Source: an uncultured delta proteobacterium | GTDB taxonomy: Bacteria; Desulfobacterota; Desulfobacteria; Desulfobacterales; Desulfosalsimonadaceae | Length of the DNA: 64,000 bases | Assembly: GCA_963826785.1 (NCBI GenBank) | Contig: CAWGYD010000008.1 | Span: 64,001 to 128,000, forward strand | Direction of reading: 5' to 3' | Shown here: positions 42,083 through 51,897 of the stretch, piece by piece | Position numbering within the stretch: position 1 is the stretch's first letter | How the letters are laid out: every line of letters begins with the position of its first letter | The notes under the pieces: model-generated | Told to the model about the DNA's origin: nothing | Databases searched by the model: none | What the model saw: the letters and a program-made list of their open reading frames with translations, nothing else | Made by a program: the position numbers and the translations under genes

Positions 42083-44362
42083 ATGAATATGGGCAGAAAA
42101 ACAGCTTTTTTAATGTTTGTAATCCTGTGTCTCATTTCGACAGCTTGCGCGGATTTTGAAGAAAAAAAAACGCATTATTTTGAAAAGGGTATGGAATATC
42201 AAAAGGCGGGGAACTATGAAGCGGCAATAATTGAATTTCGAAATTGCGTGAAGATTGATCCTAAATTCGCAGACGCCCGCTACAATCTCGGTCTTGCATA
42301 CCTTAAAACCCGGCAGATAAGCGAAGCACTGGGAGAATTCGAACGGGCGGCAACCCTTGACCCCCAAAATACGGATGCCCTTTTAAAAACTGCTGAAATA
42401 TATTTTCTGGCGGATAAGTTCGATGAAAGCCGGGACAATATTAATAAAATTTTTGAAGTGGACGAAAATTTTCCGGATGCCTTTGCGTTGCTCGCCCGGA
42501 TAGAACTCAGCCAGCAAAATTTGGGTTCGGCCGAGAAGGCAATCGGAAAAGCCCTGAAGTTAAGCCCCCAAAACAGCCGTTACCATATCATTCACTCGCA
42601 TATACTGGGTTCTGAAAACCGATATGGCGAAGCCGAAACCGCATTGAAAAAGGCCATAGAGATTGACCCGCGGCCTGAAAATTTAAAAGAACTTGCCCTC
42701 TTCTTTATTGAACAGAATAACGATCACGAAGCCGAACAGATTCTCAAAGAACTTCTTTCCAGGGACCCGGATCGGCCGGAACCTTATCTTGATCTGGCAA
42801 GATTTTGTATGATGAAGGGTCGGCAATCAGAGGCTGAACAAAATATTCTTGCGGCAATCCGCAAAGATCCGAAATCATGCGAAGCATATATCCTGTTGGC
42901 CGCTTTTTACCAGGAGACCGGGGCCTTCGAAAAATCAGAGAAAGCGTATAAAAATGCCATCGTCAATTCGGATACGCCTGCCGATATTAAAATGATGCTG
43001 GCCGATCTTTATTATGAAAATGAAGAATATGCGCTTGCATCCCGGGAAGTTGAAGGCGTATTAGCGGAGGATGCTCAACATCCCCAGGCAAATTTAATCG
43101 CCGCCAAGTTGAATATCAGGAATAATAAAAATTCAGAGGCGCTGTCAATTCTCGATAATCTTATCCGAAATGAACCCGGCTGCGGGGAGGCCTATTATCT
43201 CAAAGGGATTGCCCTCCTCAACAGAGGTGAAATCGAGCTTTCATTAAATGCGGCAAACCAGGCGCTCAAATTCGACCCGAAGAATGCGGACGCGCTGACG
43301 TTGCGGGCCCATCATCTTTTCCTGAAAGGCGATTTTGAAGCGGCCCGGAATAGCGCCGCAAAAGCCCTGCAGGAGAAACCGGGCAATCTTCGCGCCGGGA
43401 TCATTCTCGCCAAGACCCTCCTATCCCTTGGTGAAATTGAAAGCGCAGCGGCCCTGTTCGAAAAAATGGAAACGGTTGCCCCCGGGAATATTGAAATCAT
43501 GTACAACAAATCTCTGGCTTACCTGGCCCGGGACGATGTTGCAAAGGCCAGGGATTCACTTGAAAAAATTCTGGTTTTAAATCCGGATTTCAATCCCGCG
43601 CTGATCAGTTTATGTCAGATAGCGATTCAGCAGCAAGATCCCGATCAGGCAATTGCCGTAGCCCGAAAACAGTTGCAGAATTCCCCGAACAATCCACATC
43701 ACATGATCTTACTGGCAGAGCTTCTGGACAGATATGCGCAATCTCCGGATGAAGCACTGGCTTTGCTGAAACGGGCCCGTGAAACCGCACCGGAGGTCCC
43801 CGGCATCTATTCCCTGACCGCCAATATTTTGATGAATGAAGGAAAAACTGCAGAAGCGATCAATCAGTATAAAACGCTGATCGAGAAGCAGCCCGATATG
43901 GCCGAAAACCACCTGATTCTGGGAATTTTGCTTGACAGGAGCGGCGATTCCGAAGGCGCGAAGAGCGAATATCTCCGGGTACTGGAACTTCGCCCTGAAT
44001 TTCCGGTTGCGGCAAATAACCTGGCATGGTTGACAGCCAACACGAAGGAACCGGATCTTGGAGAAGCGTTGCGCCTTGCGCTCATTGCAAAAGAAGGTTC
44101 TCCTGACGATCCGTTGATTGCGGACACGCTCGGGTGGATTTATTACAAGCGGGGGGCATACGACCTAGCTCTGACCCAGTTCACGATCGCCACTCAAAAG
44201 CGTTCGGACGCACCCACCCTGCGCTATCACATGGCCCTGGCGCTTTTTGCTAAAGGGGAGATAGACGAAGCGAAAACACAATTACAAACGTGTCTGTCAT
44301 CAAAAGAACAGTTTCCGGAATACACCGAAGCCGCCCTTTTGATGAACAAGATCATCAATTGA
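42083..44362 (+). CDS. prsT: TPR-repeat lipoprotein (PrsT-like)
   Basis: Lipobox-like ISTAC, many TPRs, C-terminal NNLAW..DTLGWIYY; next to prsK. Confidence 0.82.
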   Translation: MNMGRKTAFLMFVILCLISTACADFEEKKTHYFEKGMEYQKAGNYEAAIIEFRNCVKIDPKFADARYNLGLAYLKTRQISEALGEFERAATLDPQNTDALLKTAEIYFLADKFDESRDNINKIFEVDENFPDAFALLARIELSQQNLGSAEKAIGKALKLSPQNSRYHIIHSHILGSENRYGEAETALKKAIEIDPRPENLKELALFFIEQNNDHEAEQILKELLSRDPDRPEPYLDLARFCMMKGRQSEAEQNILAAIRKDPKSCEAYILLAAFYQETGAFEKSEKAYKNAIVNSDTPADIKMMLADLYYENEEYALASREVEGVLAEDAQHPQANLIAAKLNIRNNKNSEALSILDNLIRNEPGCGEAYYLKGIALLNRGEIELSLNAANQALKFDPKNADALTLRAHHLFLKGDFEAARNSAAKALQEKPGNLRAGIILAKTLLSLGEIESAAALFEKMETVAPGNIEIMYNKSLAYLARDDVAKARDSLEKILVLNPDFNPALISLCQIAIQQQDPDQAIAVARKQLQNSPNNPHHMILLAELLDRYAQSPDEALALLKRARETAPEVPGIYSLTANILMNEGKTAEAINQYKTLIEKQPDMAENHLILGILLDRSGDSEGAKSEYLRVLELRPEFPVAANNLAWLTANTKEPDLGEALRLALIAKEGSPDDPLIADTLGWIYYKRGAYDLALTQFTIATQKRSDAPTLRYHMALALFAKGEIDEAKTQLQTCLSSKEQFPEYTEAALLMNKIIN

Positions 44363-44420
44363 CCGGGTCTGCTTTTCGAACTCGAAGCGCCTGATGAGAA
44401 GTTCCGTGAAACTTTAATGT

Positions 44421-46520
44421 ATGAATGCTGTCATATATTCCTTAAATTACGGGCTGTTGTTTTCCTGCCTTTTTGAAACGGCTTGTCCGCAAATCGAAAA
44501 GCGCTTCTCCCTTGGCCTTATTCGTCTCTTGATATTTTTACCCCTTCTGGCACTCGAATACCTGTATTTCAGTGCATACCTAAGAAATGACCTGGTGGCG
44601 CCGCTTTTCTTTTCAGAAAATGTATTTGCGTTAACCTGTATTCTGCTGGCCTGCAATCTGCCGCCGGTTATCCTCCCTTTATCCGGAAAATCAATCCCAT
44701 TGCGCCTGACGTTCTTTGTCGCCATTTTCGGCCTGGCGTTTGCCGGTGCTCACAAGATGTTCAGGGCGCCGCAATTCAGCATTTATCAGGGCAACCTGTT
44801 TTTCCCTGTTCATGGGCATCTGTATTTTGCCTCGCTATTTTTACTGATCGCCGTTCTGGTAATCGCATGGCGGCTCGAAGCCTTCTGGCGGGCGCTGCGC
44901 CCCAGGCACCGCTGGTCCTATAAATACATGGTGATCGGAATTTTTCTGATCAGTGGAACGATAGGGTGGTCGACCGCTTTGCGGCTGGCGTATTTACATC
45001 TGAACATCAATCATCTGCTTTTGTCGGCGGTTCTTCTGGTTTTTGCCTGGCTTTTGACGGCATATGCGGTCATCGGCAACAGGTTGGTCAATCGCAGCAT
45101 ATTCGTATCCCGAAAAGTGGTATATGCCACGATCGCGCCGGCTGCGTTTGCAGGCTATTTTTTCGCCATCGGCATCATTTCTCTGCTGATGAAAAGCTTC
45201 GGCTGGTCGCTGCACTTTGTTCTGCAATGGGCTCTGGTGATCGGGGGTCTGCTGGTGATTTCCATCATCGCATTTTCAACCAAAGTTCGCGCCAATGTCA
45301 AATATTTCATCAGCACCCACTTCTATGTAAATAAATATGAATATCGCGATGAATGGCTGGCATTTTCCGATTTACTGCACCAGAAATTAACCGAAAACGG
45401 AATATGCGATGCATTGCAGCACATTCTGCAGGACAGCCTGTATACGGATACGATTATAATCTGGGTTGGCGACACAACATCGGGGTTTCGCCTGACCGGT
45501 AAACAGGACGGCATCTCTGATGCGGCTGTCCTGAAAATCTCAGTTCATGACCCACTGATTCAATATTTAAAAAATGCCCCCTACCTGGATTTGAAAGCAT
45601 CCGATTCGAAAGCGCAGTGCCTGTCGAAAAAAGGTGATCATTTCTCATCCATGGGACTGGCGCTGCTCGTGCCGCTGACCATTGGGGAGCATTTTCTGGG
45701 GATCATCGGTCTGGGTTCTGAATACACCGGCGGCAGATACGGCAAGGATGATTTCGACCTGCTTGCAGCCCTCTGCTCCCAGGCGTCCTCCGCGCTGCTT
45801 GCGGTTCGAATGGCAGAAGAACTTGCCCGGGCACGTGAACAATTTGCCTGGGACACGCTTTCCGCATTTGTGCTTCATGATATCAAAAATGCCGTCACCA
45901 TGTTGTCTCTGGTCAAAGAAAATGCCCCCCGGCATATTCAGAATCCCGAGTTTCAGCATGACATGCTCGATGTGGTTGATGATGCCCTGAAAAGAATGCT
46001 GAAGGTGCAGTCGCGCTTAAACAATTTGAATAAAGAAATCACGCCGGTATTGACATCCATAAAAGCGGGGGAATGGGTAAATGACTGCTGTGAAATCATC
46101 GGTAAAAAGCTGTCAAGTGTCAGATTTGATATCGAATGCCGGGATGATTTTTTCATGCATACGGATCAGGACTTTCTGGGCATCATTCTGGAAAATATGG
46201 TTTTAAATGCCATAGAGGCCTGCGCTGGAAATAGGGTGCGGGTATGGATTAAAATTGAATCATCAACAGATGGATTTTTCCTGATGGAATGCACGGACAA
46301 CGGCCCCGGCATTCCACTGGAAATGCTGCCCGATCGTCTTTTTGCCCCGTTTATCACCTCCAAACCGGAGGGCAGCGGAATCGGTATGTGGCAGGCCAAA
46401 AAACTCGTTGAAAGTCTTGGCGGGGAAATCCGGGCACAGAATTCTAAAAGCCGTGGCGCCCGATTTACAATCCGACTGCCTGTAAATCATGAAGCCGTAT
46501 ACGGCCCGGCAATAAATTGA
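44421..46520 (+). CDS. prsK: PEP-CTERM system histidine kinase
   Basis: TM region, THFYVNKYEYRDEW, GAF-like domain, AFVLHDIKN, DNGPG, LFAPF.TSK..GSGIG. Confidence 0.9.
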   Translation: MNAVIYSLNYGLLFSCLFETACPQIEKRFSLGLIRLLIFLPLLALEYLYFSAYLRNDLVAPLFFSENVFALTCILLACNLPPVILPLSGKSIPLRLTFFVAIFGLAFAGAHKMFRAPQFSIYQGNLFFPVHGHLYFASLFLLIAVLVIAWRLEAFWRALRPRHRWSYKYMVIGIFLISGTIGWSTALRLAYLHLNINHLLLSAVLLVFAWLLTAYAVIGNRLVNRSIFVSRKVVYATIAPAAFAGYFFAIGIISLLMKSFGWSLHFVLQWALVIGGLLVISIIAFSTKVRANVKYFISTHFYVNKYEYRDEWLAFSDLLHQKLTENGICDALQHILQDSLYTDTIIIWVGDTTSGFRLTGKQDGISDAAVLKISVHDPLIQYLKNAPYLDLKASDSKAQCLSKKGDHFSSMGLALLVPLTIGEHFLGIIGLGSEYTGGRYGKDDFDLLAALCSQASSALLAVRMAEELARAREQFAWDTLSAFVLHDIKNAVTMLSLVKENAPRHIQNPEFQHDMLDVVDDALKRMLKVQSRLNNLNKEITPVLTSIKAGEWVNDCCEIIGKKLSSVRFDIECRDDFFMHTDQDFLGIILENMVLNAIEACAGNRVRVWIKIESSTDGFFLMECTDNGPGIPLEMLPDRLFAPFITSKPEGSGIGMWQAKKLVESLGGEIRAQNSKSRGARFTIRLPVNHEAVYGPAIN

Positions 46521-46540
46521 AAGATGCGGGAATGAACATC

Positions 46541-46645
46541 GATGACGCCGTAAAAAGTCGGATTTTACGCTTTCGTCATTCTAAGTTGGTTATAGACTCC
46601 GGTTTTCACCGGAGTGACGAACTTTGGACTTTTTACGGGTTCATC
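46541..46645. mobile_element. MITE family A, copy 2 (inverted, internally shorter)
   Basis: GATGACGCCGTAAAAAGT / ACTTTTTACGGGTTCATC; flanks AACATC / AACATT. Confidence 0.78.
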
Positions 46646-46651
46646 AACATT

Positions 46652-47048
46652 GATGAAGCCCTGAAAAGCTCCCAGCCCCGCTGCGCGGTGTTTTACAGAA
46701 AGAAACTTTCGAATCGCAACGGCCACCGCCGGCCACACCCCCCTTTTATTCCCCCCTCAAGGGGGGATTAGACCTTGAAATTATGATCAAATTCATCCAT
46801 CGGGGGGGGACACCTCCCTTTAATTCCCCCCTCGAGGGGGGTCAGGGGGGTGTTGGATCTGCGAAAACCAAAGAATGCTATTTATTTTAACCCCTTGTCG
46901 GAATTAAGCTCATTCCGTGGAAGCCTGATTCCCCTCGCCTAACGCTCCAAAAAACCAAAAAAACCGCGAAGGTAAAATATTCGAAAAATCATTTTACCTT
47001 CGCGGCCTGGGCGCCTTGGCGATAAAAAACACTTTTTGCGATTTCATC
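46652..47048. mobile_element. Longer family-A-like element carrying REP-like units and a hairpin
   Basis: Ends GATGAAGCCCTGAAAAGC / ACTTTTTGCGATTTCATC; interior resembles 62939-63105; no clean TSD. Confidence 0.55.
46957..47005 (-). terminator. Intrinsic terminator after the PEP-CTERM gene
   Basis: 15-bp stem CCGCGAAGGTAAAAT/ATTTTACCTTCGCGG followed by T7 on the minus strand. Confidence 0.7.
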
Positions 47049-47090
47049 AAATATTTTAATTTTTTAAACCGCTGTAAAAAATTCCGACAT

Positions 47091-47585
47091 TCAACTCATC
47101 AGCCGTTTTCGTCTGGATGCGACGAGTCCACCCGCTATACCGAATCCCAGTAAAAGAAGGGTGGCGGGTTCGGGCACGGGGGATGTCGTATTATCACCGG
47201 GAGGATGCTTTTTCCAATCGGTTTTCTTCCATCCTTTTTTCATCCCCCTCATCCACAAGTCATAAGCACCACCGGATTTCCAATTTTTTGCATTTTTTAC
47301 AAAATTGAGATAAAATCCAAGTGCTTTACCCGTCTTGACCGCAGAAAAGCTGGTTGGCCCAAAGGGCGTCGTTTTCACTTCCCATTTTCCCGTGATTTTA
47401 TCCTGAGTGATGATCCAATTACCATGTTTCAAAAATAAGGGTTCTATGACAAAAGATGGATCTTTTGCGAATGAAGATGAATTACGCAAAAAATCAACCG
47501 TATTGAATATGGACCCTGCCGATGCCATGCCAATCCAGCAAAAAACAAATAAAATCGACAATGAAAAAATCATTCGTGTTCTCAT
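47091..47585 (-). CDS. PEP-CTERM protein
   Basis: AAGGA RBS, signal peptide ..ASA, C-terminal VPEPATLLLLGFGIAGGLVASRRKR. Confidence 0.92.
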   Translation of the reverse strand: MRTRMIFSLSILFVFCWIGMASAGSIFNTVDFLRNSSSFAKDPSFVIEPLFLKHGNWIITQDKITGKWEVKTTPFGPTSFSAVKTGKALGFYLNFVKNAKNWKSGGAYDLWMRGMKKGWKKTDWKKHPPGDNTTSPVPEPATLLLLGFGIAGGLVASRRKRLMS

Positions 47586-47687
47586 ACATGTTTCCTTTCT
47601 CACCCATTTAAGCGTTTCCCGGATTTGAGTCGATATATGCCCGTTCTTTATGCCTGCGAGTTCTTCAACCATTTGGCCTCATAATAC

Positions 47688-47703
47688 TGCAAGACACATA
47701 CCA
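47688..47703 (-). promoter_or_regulatory. Sigma-54 promoter
   Basis: TGGTATGTGTCTTGCA, with a TGT-N11-ACA site at 47767-47783 upstream. Confidence 0.7.
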
Positions 47704-47856
47704 TGCATTTGAATGCACTGAACTTACTGGATTTAATCTTATCGAAGATTTTGCAGCACCAGGAAATGTAAAAAAAACCGACACGCACGCGGTACAGCCG
47801 TTTTGGCCTTGCAAACAGCAGGAGCGGTGCTTGAAAGGAGAATGGGGTTTGACCCA

Positions 47857-49215
47857 TCAGATGCCATGCTTTTTTAGAAGGTCATGGAGCGTGGGGCGGC
47901 TGATTTGCAGAAGTTTGGCCGCCTGGCTGATATTATCGCCGGTCATAAGCAGGGCCTGCCGAATGCATTGATGTTCAGCCTGACCCCGGGCTTCCTGCAG
48001 CGTCTGAACGGTTTCATCCACGTTTCGAAAATTTTTCTCCTCCAAACCCAGGTCAATAGAAGTGATGGTCTGATTGCTATAAACCGAAAGCGCTCTTCGG
48101 ATGCGATTCTGGAGTTCGCGGATATTGCCCGGCCAGTCATGAGCTAAAAGAGCGGATATGGCGCAGGGTGAAAAACAGACCCGGCCCGAGTTAAGCGATT
48201 GTGCTTCCCGGCGGAGAAAGTGCTGAGCCAGCATCATGATATCCTCACGGCGCGCGTTGAGCGGCGGCAGATGGATCGGTATCACATTTAAACGAAAGTA
48301 GAGGTCCTCCCTGAAAATTCCTTCGCTTGTGGACAGTTCCAGATCGTTATGGGTTGCCGCAATGACCCTGGCGTTTACCGAAAGGGTTTGATTTCCCCCC
48401 ACGCGTTCGATAGTCCCCTCCTGCAGAAACCGAAGGATTTTCACCTGCATGGCCAGCGGCATTTCACCGATTTCATCCAGAAATACCGTTCCGGAGTCCG
48501 CTTGCTCCAGTTTGCCGATTTTACGGGCAACCGCGCCGGTAAAGGCGCCTTTTTCATGTCCGAACAATTCCCCCTCCAGCAGATTTTCAGGAATGGCGGC
48601 GCAGTTGATAATCACAAAGGCCTTTTTCGAGCGGGGACTCAACTGATGAATGGCATGAGCCACCATTTCCTTACCGGTACCCGATGCACCCGTAATCAGA
48701 ACCGGGTACGCTGTTCTGCTGACCTTCCGGATCGATGAAAAAAGCTTTTGCATTGCCGGGGATACGCCGAGCATGCCGCACAGGGAAACCACCTGGTCAT
48801 TTTGCTCGCTGAGCTGACGATTGATTTCCTCCAGTTTCCAGATCCTGAAAGTTCTTTTCAGGATAATCGTTAATGTATTCAGGTCTATGGGCTTTTCACA
48901 AAAATCCACCGCACCTGCCGCAACGGCTTTGATTGCATTTTCTTGTTCGGAATTGCCGGTAATGACGATTATCTTTGTCTGAGGTGCGAGGTTTCGCGAT
49001 TCTTTTAAAAGTTTAAAGCCTTCCAATGGCGTATCCGGCGAAGGCGGAAGGCCAAGGTCGAGCGTGGCCACGGGAAAAGCCTGGCTTGACAATAAATGAC
49101 GCGCTTTTTTGCCATCAGCGGCAATTGTAATGTCATAGAGATCCCCCAGTGACCACCGGAGTTGCCTGGCCACTGAAGCCTCGTCCTCGATGATTAACAA
49201 TTTTTCTTTTGCCAC
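47857..49215 (-). CDS. prsR: PEP-CTERM-box response regulator
   Basis: Receiver with LDLGLPP, GASGTGKE, GAFTGA, ISRPTLHDL HTH. Confidence 0.92.
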   Translation of the reverse strand: MAKEKLLIIEDEASVARQLRWSLGDLYDITIAADGKKARHLLSSQAFPVATLDLGLPPSPDTPLEGFKLLKESRNLAPQTKIIVITGNSEQENAIKAVAAGAVDFCEKPIDLNTLTIILKRTFRIWKLEEINRQLSEQNDQVVSLCGMLGVSPAMQKLFSSIRKVSRTAYPVLITGASGTGKEMVAHAIHQLSPRSKKAFVIINCAAIPENLLEGELFGHEKGAFTGAVARKIGKLEQADSGTVFLDEIGEMPLAMQVKILRFLQEGTIERVGGNQTLSVNARVIAATHNDLELSTSEGIFREDLYFRLNVIPIHLPPLNARREDIMMLAQHFLRREAQSLNSGRVCFSPCAISALLAHDWPGNIRELQNRIRRALSVYSNQTITSIDLGLEEKNFRNVDETVQTLQEARGQAEHQCIRQALLMTGDNISQAAKLLQISRPTLHDLLKKHGI

Positions 49216-49299
49216 CCATGCCTCCTGCTTCAGCAGCCCTCACCCGGGAAGGTTGATAATTAATATACCGCAAAAACACCCGCAGATCGCTTATCGGGT

Positions 49300-50181
49300 T
49301 TAATGCGTTGACTGGCTGGGCGTAAAATATATTCTATCTGCTGCGATTGGATGATTGGGCAAGATGACGTGATCCGATGGGGAAATATCGAGTTCTTTTG
49401 CGCATTCCTTGATAATTTTCTTTTTAATTGATTTTGCGGAATTGATGTATCCTGTCAATAAAGCCCGGTCCGCTATGATATTGATCAGGCGGGGATATCC
49501 TTTGGAAAAAAGATGAATCCCGTTGATGGCACTGGACTTGAAAATTTTACGACCCGCTCCGGCAACCCCCAGGCGGTATTCAATATATTTTTCGGTTTCC
49601 TTCAAGGAAAGCCTCGGAATATTATAGTTAACCGTAATTCTCTGCCGGATGGCTCTGTTCTCCGGCTGATTCAGAATGTCGTTGAATTCAAGCTGGCCCA
49701 CAAAAAACACGTTGATCAGCTTGATCCCTTTGTTTTCCAAGTTCGAAAAAAGTCTGATTTCTGAAAGGAGTGAATTGCTGAGCAGCTGGCATTCATCAAT
49801 AATCAGCAGCACGCGTTTCCCCTGATAATGCAGCTTGAGCAAAAAATCATTAAAGGCGCTGAGAAATGATCCTTTTGTTTTAAATTTCCCGCCAAAACCG
49901 AAAAGCCTTGATACATAATTGAAGAAATCAAGAGAATCGAGCAAAGGATTACTGACCACAGCCGTCCGGGCATTCCCATGCAGCCATTGCAGAAATGCAT
50001 TTACAATGGTTGTTTTTCCGACACCGACATCACCGGTTAAAAGCAAAAAACCCTTGTTCTCAAGTACGCCGTACTTAAGCGCCGCTAAAGCTTCTTTCTG
50101 CTTATCACCAAACCAGATAAATTCCGGGTCGGTATCAATTTGAAAAGGCTTTTTGCAGAGATGATAATAATCGAGATACAT
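49300..50181 (-). CDS. ExeA-like AAA ATPase of the PEP-CTERM system
   Basis: KPF..DPEF, GDVGVGKT, IIDECQ, GQLE, GYPRLIN. Confidence 0.9.
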   Translation of the reverse strand: MYLDYYHLCKKPFQIDTDPEFIWFGDKQKEALAALKYGVLENKGFLLLTGDVGVGKTTIVNAFLQWLHGNARTAVVSNPLLDSLDFFNYVSRLFGFGGKFKTKGSFLSAFNDFLLKLHYQGKRVLLIIDECQLLSNSLLSEIRLFSNLENKGIKLINVFFVGQLEFNDILNQPENRAIRQRITVNYNIPRLSLKETEKYIEYRLGVAGAGRKIFKSSAINGIHLFSKGYPRLINIIADRALLTGYINSAKSIKKKIIKECAKELDISPSDHVILPNHPIAADRIYFTPSQSTH

Positions 50182-50572
50182 ATTTCTACGCTCATGTTCA
50201 GTTTCTGATATCTTGAGATCAGCCTTTTTGCAGACTCAATACAATTGCCTCTTGTTGACAAACTTAAATCTTAATTTGCGCCTTTCAAATGGCTTTATGC
50301 CATTAAGTCATATTATCAAATGATTATAATCTATTTAGAGACATTCTTTACTGCCCTCCATCTATAATTGGTCCGGACACACGACCAGCCGACAGCCCAC
50401 TTGCCCCCACCCCGGCTTCAAATATTTTCGCCATACCGCTATGGACGCAATTGAATCTTTACGGGTAATGAAGGTGAATCATCAACCATGATTTGATGTA
50501 GTTATTTGAATTATATCTTAATATTCATATTCAATTTGCTTCCTGCTCAAAACCCGCTTATCTTAAAAATCA

Positions 50573-51874
50573 ATGAAAACTTATCTTCGTCATATCCTTG
50601 TTCTTGCCATCGGAATCGCGTCAACTATCTGTTTCATGCAGGGCGGTGCCGGCGCCGCGGTGACGATGTCTCCGGGCATATCCGTTCAAAATACCTATTC
50701 CGACAATATCAACCTGGCTTCGGAAAATGAGAGGCACGATTTCATCACTTCGCTCGGCCCCAGCATCAACTTGGGCATGACCGGGCGGTCTACTGCTTTC
50801 AACCTTTCCTATCAACCGGTTTACGCAAGTTATTTGCGGTTCCCCCGATATAACACCATGCGGCATCGAGCAGTGATGGACGGTTCCCGTCAGATTTCCA
50901 GAACGACACGATTCGAATTCAACGACAATTATCAGTATACTGAAGAACCGCTTTATATCAGTGAAGATGCGCCTTTAGAAGTGGATACCGACATCCTGAG
51001 AGGCAGAAATCCCTATCATATGAATACATCCCGAATCGGTGTTATCAACCAGTTCGGTCCGGAAAATGTTATCGACCTTCAATATGAATATTATTTTCTT
51101 AAGAATGAAAACGATACGATTGAGGACCGCGAATATTATCAACCCGATGTAACGATTACTTTCTGGCCATCTCCCAACCGCATCGGGACTGAATCGGAAA
51201 TCAGTTTTACGCGCAGAAATTTCGATGATTCCGGGGACTATGATGATGTTTATGGGAGACTGAGATTGATACGGCGTTTGGGTCCTCATTTTGACTTCTA
51301 TGCACAATATACGCACGAATTGACCGACTATGTCGATGTGGGCAATGATTATCAGGTCGCCAGCCCTTTGCTGGGATTTATCTGGAATGAATACATGAAT
51401 GCGACTTTTGAGGTGAGTTTCGGTTATTTCAATCAGGAAAAAGAAAAAAATGGAGATGAAAGCGGACCGGTAGGAACGATTGAGACCCGCTATACGTTTC
51501 AAAAAGGGACTGCTGTTTCGATAGCGGGCAGTACCGGATATGATCAGGACACTTCCGGTGCTGAAGTTCTCGGGTTTAACAAGTATTACACGTTCATCGG
51601 AACGCTAAAGCATCCATTGAGCCGGCGATTGATCAGCAATTTTACCGCCGGGTATCGTCAATCCCTCTATACGGAACTGGATCCGGAAAGACAGGATTCC
51701 ATTTGGGAATCTACTGCCGGATTGACATATCAGCCGTTGCCATGGATGACCCTGGAAGTGAAGTATTCTTTCCGCAAAGTCAATTCGGATATCAATGCAG
51801 ATGATTACACGGAGAACCGGGCCGCAATTGCCGTGTTTCTGAATCCGCGCAAGCCGGTGATGTTAATCCGTTAG
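50573..51874 (+). CDS. Outer-membrane beta-barrel, EPS/PEP-CTERM associated
   Basis: Signal peptide, YSDNINL..DFIT..P, amphipathic strands, DYTENR near the C-terminus. Confidence 0.82.
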   Translation: MKTYLRHILVLAIGIASTICFMQGGAGAAVTMSPGISVQNTYSDNINLASENERHDFITSLGPSINLGMTGRSTAFNLSYQPVYASYLRFPRYNTMRHRAVMDGSRQISRTTRFEFNDNYQYTEEPLYISEDAPLEVDTDILRGRNPYHMNTSRIGVINQFGPENVIDLQYEYYFLKNENDTIEDREYYQPDVTITFWPSPNRIGTESEISFTRRNFDDSGDYDDVYGRLRLIRRLGPHFDFYAQYTHELTDYVDVGNDYQVASPLLGFIWNEYMNATFEVSFGYFNQEKEKNGDESGPVGTIETRYTFQKGTAVSIAGSTGYDQDTSGAEVLGFNKYYTFIGTLKHPLSRRLISNFTAGYRQSLYTELDPERQDSIWESTAGLTYQPLPWMTLEVKYSFRKVNSDINADDYTENRAAIAVFLNPRKPVMLIR

Positions 51875-51897
51875 CCGAAGGATAAATTGGAGGGTGT

